Positions 25,201 through 38,644 of a stretch of 64,000 nt of DNA are shown piece after piece. This DNA is from Diplonema japonicum. Taxonomy: Eukaryota; Protista; Euglenozoa: Diplonemea. The translations under genes and the position numbers were made by a program. Where the stretch lies: contig OZ025697.1 in the NCBI GenBank assembly GCA_964019335.1, positions 62,001 to 126,000 on the forward strand, written 5' to 3'. Each line of letters opens with the position of its first letter. The stretch's first letter is position 1. The notes beneath the pieces were generated by a model. The model made no database searches and was not told the DNA's origin. It was given only the letters and a program-made list of their open reading frames with translations.

Positions 25201-25785
25201 CGATTTTAGTGGTGTCATCCGGTATGTGACACAGCGGCCACCCTTGTGATTCACCCCGAAGCCTCCCAAGTCAACTGTGGTCCCGTAGAAAGGGACACAG
25301 AAGAAACTAGACGACAATTGGAAAGTATGTTGTGGTATGCTCGCTGGCACAAGGCCACGGAGAGGTTTCTCGTCAAAACACCTCCTTGTTCGATGTAATG
25401 GGATAAGGGACTCTGTTGAGTCTACCCCGTCCAGATTTCCCCACATGTACGGCTCGAGAGTTCCCTTTCGCTTGAGGTTCCCTCCAAACCAAGGTTACCA
25501 GGAACCACAGGGAGGGTAGTATATTGGCCACCAAAAAATGAGAATGTAGCTCTGAGCCCAAATTTTCGCTATATTGTACAAACTGCGTGAAAACCATGTG
25601 CATCACTGTTGGTAGGTCGCAGCATGCGTTGTCCTGCCAGCATGTTGCACTTGAGATGGGCAACGAAAATATGCGAAAATATCATGCAAAGGTCCCCTAT
25701 CGATACTGGATAAGTATCCCTCCCCTTTCCTCTTCTTCCATACCTGAGGGACCTGCTCTTCGATCGGTTCATTGCTCGATGGCAT
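22277..25785 (-). CDS. hppA: membrane-integral pyrophosphatase copy 3
   Basis: Same motifs; exon 1 25744..25785 ([14 protein letters not shown]), long intron 25082..25743. Confidence 0.93.
24998..25072 (-). repeat. three imperfect 24-nt coding repeats ([10 protein letters not shown]) in the mPPase copy 3 N-terminal tail; the same repeat lies at about 29643-29717 in copy 4
   Basis: Translation [28 protein letters not shown]. Confidence 0.75.
25082..25743 (-). other. 662-nt first intron of mPPase copy 3 (paralogous introns are 37-55 nt)
   Basis: GTATGG donor after a 42-nt exon homologous to copy 4 exon 1; TTACAG acceptor followed by the same EQPVEE sequence as in copy 4. Confidence 0.8.
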
Positions 25786-26933
25786 TGCTTTTTTTTTTCG
25801 AATTTTCCCTGTAATGGAGAGGTACTAACAAATAGCAGGCAAAACAAAAAGAAATAACAAGGATGAATGAAAAAAAAAAAAAGGCAAATGACAAAACACA
25901 GAGGAGGGGCGAGGGTCGGGAAAAAAAAATGTGGGTGGGTGAGAAAAAAAGAAAAAGAAGAAAAAAAAGAACAATGAACAAAGATGTGAGCGGTTGATGG
26001 GTGTGGGGAAAGAAGAGAAAAAGGGCACTTTTAAAAAAAATGTCGTAAAAACTTTTTAAAAGAATCGTTTTTTTTTTCCCCCGGTTCTTTTTTCTTCTTC
26101 TTCACATCTCTCAAGAACTCGCCTTGAGTAGGGGGGGGGGGGGGGGGGGGAAATCGGCCGAAGGCAATAAGGGGGCATTTACCCGCCTATGTGCACCAAG
26201 GCTTCTTCGTCTGCAGTAAAATTTACTTCTTTGAATTACCAAAAAATACTAAATTCAAAAAAAAAGTCCCAGGGAGAAAAAGAAGAAAAAAAAAGTAAAA
26301 AGCCACGGCGAGAAGCAGGTAGCCGCAGGGGGGAGTTTCCTTGGATATGTGTTTTCATTCGGTACTTTTCTCTTCCCCTTTTTTTCTTTTTTTTTTCTTG
26401 CTATTTTTTTTTTTTTTTTTTTTAAACACGAAGAACACAAGTGTCCTAAAATGCTTTGCAAAAACCGGACGTGGTCCCCCCAGAACTTAACTTAATATTC
26501 TGGAAAAATACAAATAGGTAGTGTTTTTTTTGGGGGGGGGTGGAGGTAACGAAGGTGGGGAAAGGTGGGAAAATCAGGGTACAGGGGAAGCAGGAGAACA
26601 GGGAAAGGGTCGTGAATCTCATTTTTCTTCTTCGGTTTTTTTTTTTCAAACCAAAAAAAAAAACGAATGGGGAGAAGCGCCTGGGGGGGGGGGGTAAGCA
26701 TGAAACTCGTTGTGTCTAAAAGGCCAACGAGCCTTCACTAGCTGATGCATCTACTAGCATACTCTTATTATATCTCTCCTCCAGTTACTCGTCACTCTGG
26801 GGTATATCCCCATCGACAGAAATTCACAATACAAAAAGAAATTGGGGAAGGCGAGTCTTCGAGGGCGGGTTGGGTACACATAAAATGAAAGGTGGGAAAG
26901 AAAAGACAACTACTGCACAACTTCCACAACACC

Positions 26934-29819
26934 TCACGCCTCGGGCTCATCCGCGGACTTAGTGTCGTTCTTCTCCTCCTCCTCCTCAGGCTTGCTTGCG
27001 TGAGCAACGAACATAACCACAGCACCCACAAGGACCATGGCGACACCCAGGAGGATGAGACCAATGTACCAGAAGTCCCAAGCATCGTCGAAGAGGGGAG
27101 CGCACACGAAGGCGAACCTAGTCATCAGCTTGATCAGAATGTTAAGGGCAGGCCCAGAGGTGTCCTTGAACGGGTCACCCACAGTGTCACCGCACACGGC
27201 CGCCTTGTGGCAGTCGGTACCCTTGCCCTGAACCTCACCGTCAATCGAGAACCCACCAGCCTCAATCCACTTCTTGGCGTTGTCCCAAGCACCACCAGTG
27301 TTGCTCATTTCCACACCAAGGAGGTACCCAGAGGAGATGGCCCCCATGAGGAGACCCACAAGGCAGTGGGACCCGAAGAGGAAACCCATCACAAGAGGGG
27401 AGAAGATGGCAAGAACACCAGGGAGAAGCATCTCCCTCAGAGACGAGTTGCAGCTGATGGTGATGCACCTCTTGTAGTCGGGCTTCTGGGTGGGGTCAGT
27501 CAGGATGGCGGGGTTCTCCTTGAACTGCCTCCTCACCTCGTGCATCATCTCCTGGGCGGCCTTGTTCACGGAAAGCATAGTCATCGCACCGAACACGTAC
27601 GGGAGGAGGGCACCCACAAGGACACCGATCACCACGATGGGCCTCATCAGGTTCACACTCTCGATACCAGCAACACGGGCGAAGGCGGCAAGGAGGGAGA
27701 GGGCGGAGAGGACAGCGCTCCCGTTGGCGAAACCCTTACCAGTGGCGGCGGTGGTGTTGCCAAGGGCGTCAAGGCCGTCGGTGTAGTCCCTCACCCAGCT
27801 GGGGAGCTCAGACATCTCAGCAATACCACCAGCGTTGTCAGACACAGGGCCGTAGGCATCGGTCGACATGGTCACACCAAGGGTGGAGAGCATACCGCAC
27901 ACGGAGATGGCAGTGCCGTAGAAACCGCAGAGGTAGTAGGCACCGAGAACAGCGGCCACGATGAGGAGGAGGGGAACAACGGTGGAGTACATCCCCATAC
28001 CGAGACCCTGGATCACAACGGGACCAGGCCCGAACTCGGTGGCGCGCCCGATGGACTGGGTGGGCTCCTCAGTGTGGCTGGTGAAGTACTCGGTGATCAT
28101 CCCGATGAGCACACCGACAGCAAGACCGAGCACGATGCACCCGAACAGACGGGGACCGGGGTTCAGCTGGTCCTTGGGGACGCTGCTCATGTCGTCAATG
28201 ATGTCCGCCTCCTGCTCGAAGAAGAAGACGCAAAGGAACAGAACACAGACGGTAATCACAACGGCGGCAACGAGGATGTTGAACCTCATGGCACCGAGGA
28301 GGTCGTCAAGGGTGGGGGCAGAGCCGTCCTCCTTCATCCCGATCTTGATGTGCACAGTGCAGGCAATCGACACAATGAGACCGATCATCATGATGTAGAA
28401 GGGAAGAGCGACACCCTTCTTTCCGAACTCGGAGGCTCCCAGCACGGCGGCGGCAACAACAGCCCCAACGAAGGACTCGAACAGATCGGCACCCATACCA
28501 GCAACGTCACCCACGTTGTCACCAACGCAGTCAGCAATAGTGGCGGGGTTCTTGGGGGAGTCCTCACCAAGGTCCTTGTCCACCTTACCACAAAGGTCGG
28601 CACCAACATCAGCAGCCTTCGTGTAGATACCACCACCCACACGGGCGAACAGGGCAACAGCGGAGGAACCGAAACCGAACCCACCAAGGGACTCGGTGTT
28701 TCCGAAGATGGCGTAGCAAAGGGTCAAACCGAAGATACCGCAGGACACAACACCGAGACCCATGCAGGCACCGGTACGGAAGGCCACCTGGAGACCCCTC
28801 GACATACCCTCCTCCTTGGAGGAGTAGCAAGCAGCGGCGGTACGGCAGTTACCCTCAGTGGCAATGTGCATGCCCATGTACCCACAGGCGGCGGAGAGGA
28901 AGGCCCCGAAAAGGAAGGAGACCGAGGCGGCAGGCTCCCAACCGTTCTCCTGACCGTCGATGGCGATGAAGAGGAAGATCCAGAGGAGGGCGACGAAGGG
29001 TGCGAGCCAAGTGTACTCCTGGTGGAGGAAGGACATGGCGGCCTCGTGGATCACCTCAGCGGTCTCGTGCATCTCGTCGGTACCACGGGGCTCAGCCATC
29101 ACCATGCGCATGTAGAAGCAGACGGTGGCGAGACCGATAAAAGAGCAGGCCATGGCTCCCCAGATCGCGGTGTAGGGAACGTGGTAGGTGCAGCGAAGGT
29201 CGTATCCGGCGTAGTACTCGCTGGCGTTCATGTTGTACAAGGTAGCGAGGGTAGTCACAACCGCCGGGTTGGCTGCGCCGTTCAGGGTCCAGTCGAAGCA
29301 GCTGGTCTTGGCGTAAGGGTTGGTCGCGTTGTTCATCTCCACAGGGACGGCAGCGGGGGCAGTCGAGTTGTCGATGATGGCGTCGGGCTGGATGGTGGGC
29401 CAGTAGATGGGACCAGTGGGGTTGAACTGCGAGGTGAACACCTGCCAGTGACGACCCTTCAGAGCCGTCGCCTGGGGGTGGAACTTGTCATCCCTGTCGA
29501 AGTCCTCGGTGTACTCCGCAACGAAGCACAGGGCGAGGGCACCGCACGCCATCACGATGAACACGATACCGGCAACGAAGGCCATCGGCGAGTCCACACC
29601 GGGGTTCTTGTCCCAAGGCTGCATCCCACCCTCCTCCTCCTCCTCAACGGCGGCAGGGGTCTCCTCCTCCACGGCAGCCGGCTTCTCTTCCTCTACCGCA
29701 GCAGGGGTCTCCTCAACAGGCTGCTCCTATTTGGTGTTGAGGTTTTCTTTGTTGCGAGAAATGTTGTTTTCACATACCTGAGCAGCCGGTTCTTCAATTG
29801 GTTCATTGCTTGATGGCAT
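26934..29819 (-). CDS. hppA: membrane-integral pyrophosphatase copy 4 (exon 2 nearly identical to copy 3)
   Basis: Same motifs; exon 1 29778..29819 ([14 protein letters not shown]), intron 29727..29777. Confidence 0.95.
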
Positions 29820-30593
29820 TTTGATAATCTGCAGAAGGTTCGTGCTTGAGTAGTAGTTCACAAGAACGGGAATGGGATGGGTTGGGTCGGGAAAGTGAAA
29901 AAAAAAGAAAAAAAGATGAAGAAAAACAGATAAGGAGCAACTTAACAATGTAGCTTCACATAAGCCTGCCTCAGACTGTTGGGCACGTAATCTCCTTTCT
30001 GGAGGGGATGGTGAGAAAAAAAATGTAATAAAAAAAAAAAAAGAGGAATGAGGGGGCAAACACTCACCGCATGCAATCCTCTGCCACTTCTTTTTTTTTT
30101 TTGCACTGGTATTGCAGGAGGTTCAATAGAAAAAAAGAAGAAGAAAAAAAAACAACTTTCAGCATTTTTTTTTTTTTAATTCTCCCTTTTGTTTTTTTTT
30201 TTTTTTTTTGTTTTTGTTTTCCTTCCTTTCTCAAATTTTCTGAAAAAAATGAAAATAGAGAATCCGTTTCCTGTATATCGGTTTTCTTTAAACGATTTTT
30301 TTTTTTTTTTTTTTTCCAAGGGGGATGGGCTACAAAAGGGGGGTGTTCCGGTCAAAGAAACAATGAAAAGCAAAAATGTGGGGCAGAGAACAGGGGATTG
30401 GGAGCAATGGAGGAGCTGGAAGCAGTAGTAAACTAGTGCCTCACTGGACGTCGCCGTTGGCCAGCGACAGCCCGGAAGTAAAAGACAACAGGGAGGAGGT
30501 GATGGGGAAAAAAAACAACTTCAAACACATAGTACTCTCAAAGTATGAATAAAAAAGGAAAGACAAAGAAAACTTACTCTACTGACAAACCAC

Positions 30594-33435
30594 TTACTCT
30601 TCAGCGGCCACCTCTTCGGGGGCCACCTCAGCCTCCTCAGTCTTAGGAAGTTCATTGTTCTCCTCCTGCTCAGGCTTGCTTGCCTGAGCAACGAAGTACA
30701 GCACTCCCGCAACGAGCACAAGAGCAGCGGCCAGGAGGGCAAGACCAATGTACCAGAAGTCCCAAGCATCGTCGAAGAGGGGAGCGCACACGAAGGCGAA
30801 CCTAGTCATCAGCTTGATCAGAATGTTAAGGGCAGGCCCAGAGGTGTCCTTGAACGGGTCACCCACAGTGTCACCGCACACGGCCGCCTTGTGGCAGTCG
30901 GTACCCTTGCCCTGAACCTCACCGTCAATCACGAACGACCCAGCCTCAATCCACTTCTTGGCGTTGTCCCAAGCACCACCAGTGTTGCTCATCTTCACAC
31001 CAAGGAGGTACCCAGAGGAGATGGCCCCCATGAGGAGACCCACAAGGCAGTGGGATCCGAAGAGGAAACCCATCACAAGAGGGGAGAAGATGGCAAGAAC
31101 ACCAGGGAGAAGCATCTCCCTCAGAGACGAGTTGCAGCTGATGGTGATGCACCTCTTGTAGTCGGGCTTCTGGGTGGGGTCAGTCAGGATGGCGGGGTTC
31201 GCCTTGAACTGCCTCCTCACCTCGTGCATCATCTCCTGGGCGGCCTTGTTCACGGAAAGCATAGTCATCGCACCGAACACGTACGGGAGGAGGGCACCCA
31301 CAAGGACACCAATCACCACAACAGGCCTCATCAAGTCAACGCTGTCAATACCGGCAACACGGGCGAAGGCGGCAAGGAGGGAGAGGGCGGAGAGGACAGC
31401 GCTCCCGTTGGCGAAACCCTTACCAGTGGCGGCGGTGGTGTTGCCAAGGGCGTCAAGGCCGTCAGTCAGGTCCCTCACCCAGCTGGGGAGCTCAGACATC
31501 TCAGCAATACCACCAGCGTTGTCAGACACAGGGCCGTAGGCATCGGTCGACATGGTCACACCAAGGGTGGAGAGCATACCGCACACGGAGATGGCAGTGC
31601 CGTAGAAACCGCAGAGGTAGTAGGCACCGAGAACAGCGGCCACGATGAGGAGAAGGGGAACAACGGTGGAGTACATCCCCATACCGAGACCCTGGATCAC
31701 AACGGGACCAGGCCCGAACTCAGTGGCGCGCCCGATGGACTGGGTGGGCTCCTCAGTGTGGCTGGTGAAGTACTCAGTCACCATCCCGATGAGGACACCA
31801 ACAACAAGACCGAGCACGATGCACCCGAACAGACGGGGACCAGGGTTCAGCTGGTCCTTGGGGACGTTGCTCATGTCGTCAATGATGTCCGCCTCCTGCT
31901 CGAAGAAGAAGACGCAAAGGAACAGAACACAGACGGTGATACCGCAGGCAGCAACGATGATGTTGAACCTCATGGCGGCGAGGAGGTCGTCCAGGCTGGC
32001 GGGGGTGCCGTCCTCGTTCTGCTTGACCCTGATCTGCACGGTACACAAGATGGACACGAAAAGACCGATCATCATGATGTAGAAGGGAAGAGCCACACCC
32101 TTCTTCCCGAACTCGGAGGCTCCCAGCACGGCGGCGGCAACAACAGCCCCAACGAAGGACTCGAACAGATCGGCACCCATACCAGCAACGTCACCCACGT
32201 TGTCACCAACGCAGTCAGCAATGGTGGCGGGGTTCTTGGGGGAGTCCTCACCAAGGTCCTTGTCCACCTTACCACAAAGGTCGGCACCAACGTCAGCAGC
32301 CTTCGTGTAGATACCACCACCCACACGGGCGAACAGGGCAACAGCGGAGGAACCGAAACCGAACCCACCAAGGGACTCGGTGTTTCCGAAGATGGCGTAG
32401 CAAAGGGACAGACCGAAGATACCGCAGGACACAACACCGAGACCCATGCAGGCACCGGTACGGAAGGCCACCTGGAGACCCCTCGACATACCCTCAGTCT
32501 CGGAGGAGTAGCAAGCAGCGGCGGTACGGCAGTTACCCTGGGTGGCAATGTGCATGCCCATGTACCCACAGGCGGCGGAGAGGAAGGCCCCGAAAAGGAA
32601 GGACACGGAGGAAGCGGGGACCCAGTCGTTCTCCTGACCGTCGATGGCGACGTAGAGGAAGACCCAGAGGAGGGCGACGAAGGGTGCGAGCCAAGTGTAC
32701 TCCTGGTGGAGGAAGGACATGGCGGCCTCGTGGATCACCTCAGCGGTCTCGTGCATCTCGTCGGTACCACGGGGCTCAGCCATCACCATGCGCATGTAAA
32801 GGCAGACGGTAGCGAGACCGATGAAGGCGACGGCCATGGCTCCCCAGATCGCGGTGTAGGGAACGTGGTACTTGCAAGAGAAGTCGAAACCGGCGTAGTA
32901 CTCGGTGATGTTCCACGTGGGGTTGGCGGCGAAGATGGCAACGACCTCAGCAGGCGGTGTGTTGTTGACCGTGTACGAGATGCAGGTGCTCTTGGCGTAG
33001 GGGTTGGGGGTCAGGTCAGGGTAAAGAAGGCGGCCAACCGGGTTGAACTGGGACTCGAAGCGCTGCCAGTGACGGGAAGTGAGGGCGGTGGACTGGGGGT
33101 TGAACTCATCGTCCCTGTCGAAGTCCTCATAGTACTCAGCCATGAAGCAGAGCACAAGAGCACACGCAGCGAAGATCAGGAAAACACCAGCAGCGATAGT
33201 TGCAAGGGGCGAGTCCACACCAGGGTGCTTGTCGAAGGGCTGAAGCTCCCTCTCCACTGCCTCTTCTCCAGCGGCTTCAGCGCCAGCCTCAGCGTCAGCC
33301 CGTGGCTCAGATGACTCATCCTGAGTCTTCTGCTCAACCTGAGCCTCCTGTGAGTAGTTAAAATCAAATAAAAAAGAATGTTGGCATGTATACCTGGCCC
33401 GACTGCTCATCGATTGGTTCGTTTGCGACACCCAT
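30594..33435 (-). CDS. hppA: membrane-integral pyrophosphatase copy 5
   Basis: Same motifs; exon 1 33394..33435 ([14 protein letters not shown]), intron 33348..33393. Confidence 0.95.
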
Positions 33436-35098
33436 GTTGTCAAGTATTGATAACTGTATGGGGGGGGGGGGGGGGGGCTTGTAAAGAAAAAAAGGCAGGG
33501 TTGCACAAGAGGTTTGGTAAGGAAAAAAAAAAGAAAAATGGACACAAGAAAATGAAAAAAGAAAAACAAAGTGAAGATGGAAGTAAAGAATGAATAAAAA
33601 AGGGGGGGGGGGAAGTTTCACAAGGAAAACACAAAAAAGAAAGCGGGAGGGGATATTGCCCGGGGGGACCAAATGAAAACGAAGGAGTTTGGCGCCAGGA
33701 TGGGGAGGGGCGGAAAAAAAAAGGGGGGCGGGGAAGGAACCACACGAAGAAAACAAAGCAATGTAAGAAAAATAATGGAGGGGAAAAAAAAAAAGAGAGA
33801 GGGGGAAAAAAAGAGAAAAAAAGAGGAAGAAAAAGGGAAGAATGTAGCTTCGAAACTTTTAGAGGAAGAAGGATCAACTTCTTGACTTGCTTCCGTTTAG
33901 ATTCACCGTTTTCCTTATTTTTCTTTTTCTTCCGTTTTCGTTCCTCTTTTCTTTTCTTTTTTATCTTCTTTTTTTTTTTGCCCACCTCTTACCTGCTCTC
34001 TCTACGGTAGGGGAAGAAAAAAAAAAGAAATACAATATAAAAAAAAAAAGAAAGAAAACAGGCTACACAGAACGGGGATAATAAGCGGGCATGTAAGCTA
34101 CTAGGCAACTAGAAGGAAAAAGAGTACTGATACTTGCAGTCCACTTCCTTTCCTCCTGACCCCTCTCTTCCTTGGCACCTTTTGTGGAAAAAAAACAAGG
34201 GGGGGGACCAAGACACACTTTCGGGGGTGGGGAAACAATACAAAAATCTTTTTTTTTTTTTCGTAGTTCATACAATGGCAGTGGTGTGAGGGTAAAATCC
34301 TTTTTGTGGGGGCGTGGACGGAGGCAGAGCCGCCACTTTTATTTTTCTTCCCCCTTCTTTCTTCAAAGTTTTTTTTTTTTTTTTTTTTTTTCCTTCCTAC
34401 TTCACTACTGCCACACGAACCTTCCGTTACCATTTTTTTTTTTTTTTTCCATTCTCTCTTCACTCTTACTCAATTCCCGATACTCTTCTTTTTTTTTTTT
34501 TCCCCGTCGTTTCATCAAATCTCTTTTGAATTCTTATTCTTTCTAAAAAAAAAAAAAGGAGATGGGGTAAAAATAAAACAGGGGGAAGGAGGATCATGGG
34601 GATCAAGTCATTTTTTTTTGTCAAAAATTTCCCTCCAAATTTTCAAAAAGACCTTTCGAAAACTAGAGTAATATGGGGCTAGAAGCTGTGCTTCCAGCAT
34701 ATTGCTGTTGGTGTGGGTTGGATCAAAAGAAAAAAAAGGGGGGAAGTGGAAACCAAACAAAAAAAAAGGGGGGGCCGGGGATGGGTGCAGGGGAAGGCTG
34801 GGAGGTAGGGAAGGCTGATGGGAGCGAAAAGAAGAAGAGAAAAAAGAAAAAAAAAAAACACAATCTCTAGTTTTTTTTTTTTATTATTATTTTCTTGAGC
34901 AAAACTGTACGGAGGCGAGGTTTATTTTTTTTTTTTTTTTTTTTGGGACTCTCTTTTTTTTTTTTTCGTTTTCTGAACATTTTCATTTTTTTTTAAATTC
35001 AAATGCTATACTTTTCACAATTTCTCAGTCACGGGCTGACTGATCCTGTTGATTATGTACTTTATTCCCCCCTTCCCCCCTTGCACACCTCACTCTGC

Positions 35099-37937
35099 CT
35101 ACTCGTCCTTCTCCTTCGCATCCACTTCTTCATCTTCATCATCAGTCATGCTCATCTTGTCAACATACATCACCACAAGCACGACCAAAACAACAGCAAC
35201 AGAGAGGAGGATGAGACCAATGTACCAGAAGTCCCAAGCATCGTCGAAGAGGGGAGCGCACACGAAGGCGAACCTAGTCATCAGCTTGATCAGAATGTTA
35301 AGGGCAGGCCCAGAGGTGTCCTTGAACGGGTCACCCACAGTGTCACCGCACACGGCCGCCTTGTGGCAGTCGGTACCCTTGCCCTGAATCTCGTCGCCAA
35401 TCACGAACGACCCAGCCTCAATCCACTTCTTGGCGTTGTCCCAAGCACCACCAGTGTTGCTCATCATCACACCAAGGAGGTACCCAGAGGAGATGGCACC
35501 AATAAGGAGACCCACAAGGCAGTGGGACCCGAAGAGGAAACCCATCACAAGAGGGGAGAAGATGGCAAGAACACCGGGGAGAAGCATCTCCCTCAGAGAC
35601 GAGTTGCAGCTGATGGTGATGCACCTCTTGTAGTCGGGCTTCTGGGTGGGGTCAGTCAGGATGGCGGGGTTCGCCTTGAACTGCCTCCTCACCTCGTGCA
35701 TCATCTCCTGGGCGGCCTTGTTCACGGAAAGCATGGTCATCGCACCGAACACGTACGGGAGGAGGGCACCCACAAGGACACCGATCACCACAACAGGGCG
35801 GAGAAGGTCGACATCCTCGATACCAGCAACACGGGCGAAGGCGGCAAGGAGGGAGAGGGCGGAGAGAACAGCACTCCCGTTGGCGAAACCCTTACCAGTG
35901 GCGGCGGTGGTGTTGCCAAGGGCGTCAAGGCCGTCGGTGTAGTCCCTCACCCAGCTGGGGAGCTCAGACATCTCAGCAATACCACCAGCGTTGTCAGACA
36001 CAGGACCGTAGGCATCGGTCGACATGGTCACACCAAGGGTGGAGAGCATACCGCACACGGAGATGGCAGTGCCGTAGAAACCGCAGAGGTAGTAGGCACC
36101 GAGAACAGCGGCCACGATGAGGAGAAGGGGAACAACGGTGGAGTACATCCCCATACCGAGACCCTGGATCACAACGGGACCAGGCCCGAACTCGGTGGCG
36201 CGCCCGATGGACTGGGTGGGCTCCTCAGTGTGGCTGGTGAAGTACTCGGTCACCATCCCGATGAGCACACCAACAACAAGACCCACCACGATGCACCCGA
36301 ACAGACGGGCACCAGGGTTCATCTGGTCCTTGGAGACACCCGAGGGAAGGTCATCAAGGAAGTGGCGCTCGTACTCGAAAAAGAAAATGCACAGCATCAG
36401 TGCACAGGCAGTGATCACAACGGCGGCAACGATGATGTTGAACCTCATGGCCTCCAGCAGGTCGTCCAGGCTGGCGGGGGAGCCATCAGGGTTCTTCTCA
36501 ACCCTAACGTAGACGGTGCAGGCAATCGACACAATGAGACCGATCATCATGATGTAGAAGGGAAGAGCGACACCCTTCTTCCCGAACTCGGAGGCTCCCA
36601 GCACGGCGGCGGCAACAACAGCCCCAACGAAGGACTCGAACAGATCGGCACCCATACCAGCAACATCACCCACGTTGTCACCAACGCAGTCAGCAATGGT
36701 GGCGGGGTTCTTGGGGGAGTCCTCACCAAGGTCCTTGTCCACCTTACCACAAAGGTCGGCACCAACGTCAGCAGCCTTCGTGTAGATACCACCACCCACA
36801 CGGGCGAACAGGGCAACAGCGGAGGAACCGAAACCGAACCCACCAAGGGACTCGGTGTTTCCGAAGATGGCGTAGCAAAGGGTCAAACCGAAGATACCGC
36901 AGGACACAACACCGAGACCCATGCAGGCACCGGTACGGAAGGCCACCTGGAGACCCCTCGACATACCCTCCTCCTTGGAGGAGTAGCAAGCAGCAGCGGT
37001 ACGGCAGTTACCTTCAGTGGCAATGTGCATGCCCATGTACCCACACCCAGCGGAGAGGAAGGCCCCGAAAAGGAAGGACACGGAGGAAGCGGGGACCCAG
37101 TCGTTCTCCTGACCGTCGATGGCGACGTAGAGGAAGATCCAGAGGAGGGCGACGAAGGGTGCGAGCCAAGTGTACTCCTGGTGGAGGAAGGACATGGCGG
37201 CCTCGTGGATCACCTCAGCGGTCTCGTGCATCTCGTCGGTACCACGGGGCTCAGCCATCACGAGCTTCATGTTGATGCAGACAGCGGCGAGACCGACAAA
37301 GGAGCAGGCCATGGCTCCCCAGATTGCGGTGTAGGGAACGTGGTACTTGCAGGAAAGGTCGTATCCGTTGTAGTACTGTTCGGGGGTCATGTTGGCGGCG
37401 GTGCATGCGGCAACGACCTCAGGGCGGGGGAAGTTCACATCGGTGGTGTAGTCGATGCAGGTGTACCCAGCGTGGGGGTTGGCAACGAGGGGCGCGTTTT
37501 GGTTTGTGCCAAGAGCGCGGGGGTAGAACAGAGGACCTGCAGAGTTGAACTGCTTCGTGTAGGAGGTCCAGTGACGGGAGGTAAGGGCGATGGACTGGGG
37601 GTTGAACTCATCGTCCCTGTCGAAGTGGTCGTAGTACTCAGCCATGAAGCAGAGCACTAGAGCACAGGCAGCGAACAGAATGAACACCGCTGCTCCAATC
37701 ATAGGGAGGGGTTCGTTGGTTCCTGGGTTATGGTCGTACTTTTGCCTCACAACCTCCTCTTCTTCTTCTTTCTTTTCGGCCTCAACAGCAGAAGCACCTG
37801 CTCCCGTCAACGTCCTCGTGGCCTCCTCCGCATCTGCGTCCGCCTGCTGCTGCTCCTCCTGTGAAATAAATTTGTGAAAAAAATAAGTCGCATACAGTTG
37901 GAGGATCTTCATCAATTGGCTCATGAGCAACACCCAT
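35099..37937 (-). CDS. hppA: membrane-integral pyrophosphatase copy 6
   Basis: Same motifs; exon 1 37896..37937 ([14 protein letters not shown]), intron 37859..37895. Confidence 0.95.
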
Positions 37938-38644
37938 TTTAAATCAGGTACTTGATAACTGTGTTAACTTAAAACTTCTTTGTAAACAATGCACAGCGGA
38001 AGAAGTAATATAAAAAAGGGTAAAAAAAAAAAGGGGGTCATTAAGGGGAAGTGGGTAAATGGTGACTTTTTTCTTGGGGCGGGCGGGAAGGGTGTGTTCA
38101 TTATATATTGTTTTAGGTGTAAAAGATAAAAAAAAGGGGGAGGACCACAGCACAAGGAGTATTGAGAAGAAGCCCCCAAGAGTGTTGGGGGGGGGGGGGG
38201 GGGGGGGGTGAGTATAACAATATAGTGAGAAGGCGCGGAAGGCAATGCAGCCAGAAGCCAGCTCCACGAACGTACGGGCCGACGCATTTCCGGAAATCGG
38301 GGGGAGGGGGACGAAGGAATACAGTGCGTCATGCCTGGGTACGAAGAAAGGAGAAAACAAAAGTGAGGCATTTTCCTCCTACATTTGCTTTCGAAGTTAA
38401 AAAAAAAGGGGGAGAGAGGGAGGTAATAATTGTGTAAATATCAGGGGTGGGGGCAGGGTCAAAAAGAAAAAAACAGCAACTAGAACGTGCATATTGTACA
38501 TTAAGTAAAAAAAAAAAAAGAAAAAAAAAGAAGGGATTATTTCGGAAAAAGAAAATAGAGGGGGGGATAAAGGATGGGGGAGAAATAGTTATAGATAGCT
38601 AATATACAATGTTAAAAGAAATAAGATAGAAGCAAAGGACATGC

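Noticed and set aside
25082-25743. Specific identification of the long intron as TPP riboswitch, RNase MRP, telomerase RNA or MITE
   Set aside because: No complete diagnostic motifs, telomeric template or terminal inverted repeats visible; kept only as an unidentified candidate
18788-37660. Very long plus-strand ORFs (772-973 aa) antisense to the mPPase genes, and similar ones at 44743..46011 and 46267..47259
   Set aside because: They mirror the sense codons in register. Strong codon bias (few TTA/CTA/TCA) removes antisense stops, the products are H/G/E-rich with no motifs, and they end close to the exon boundaries
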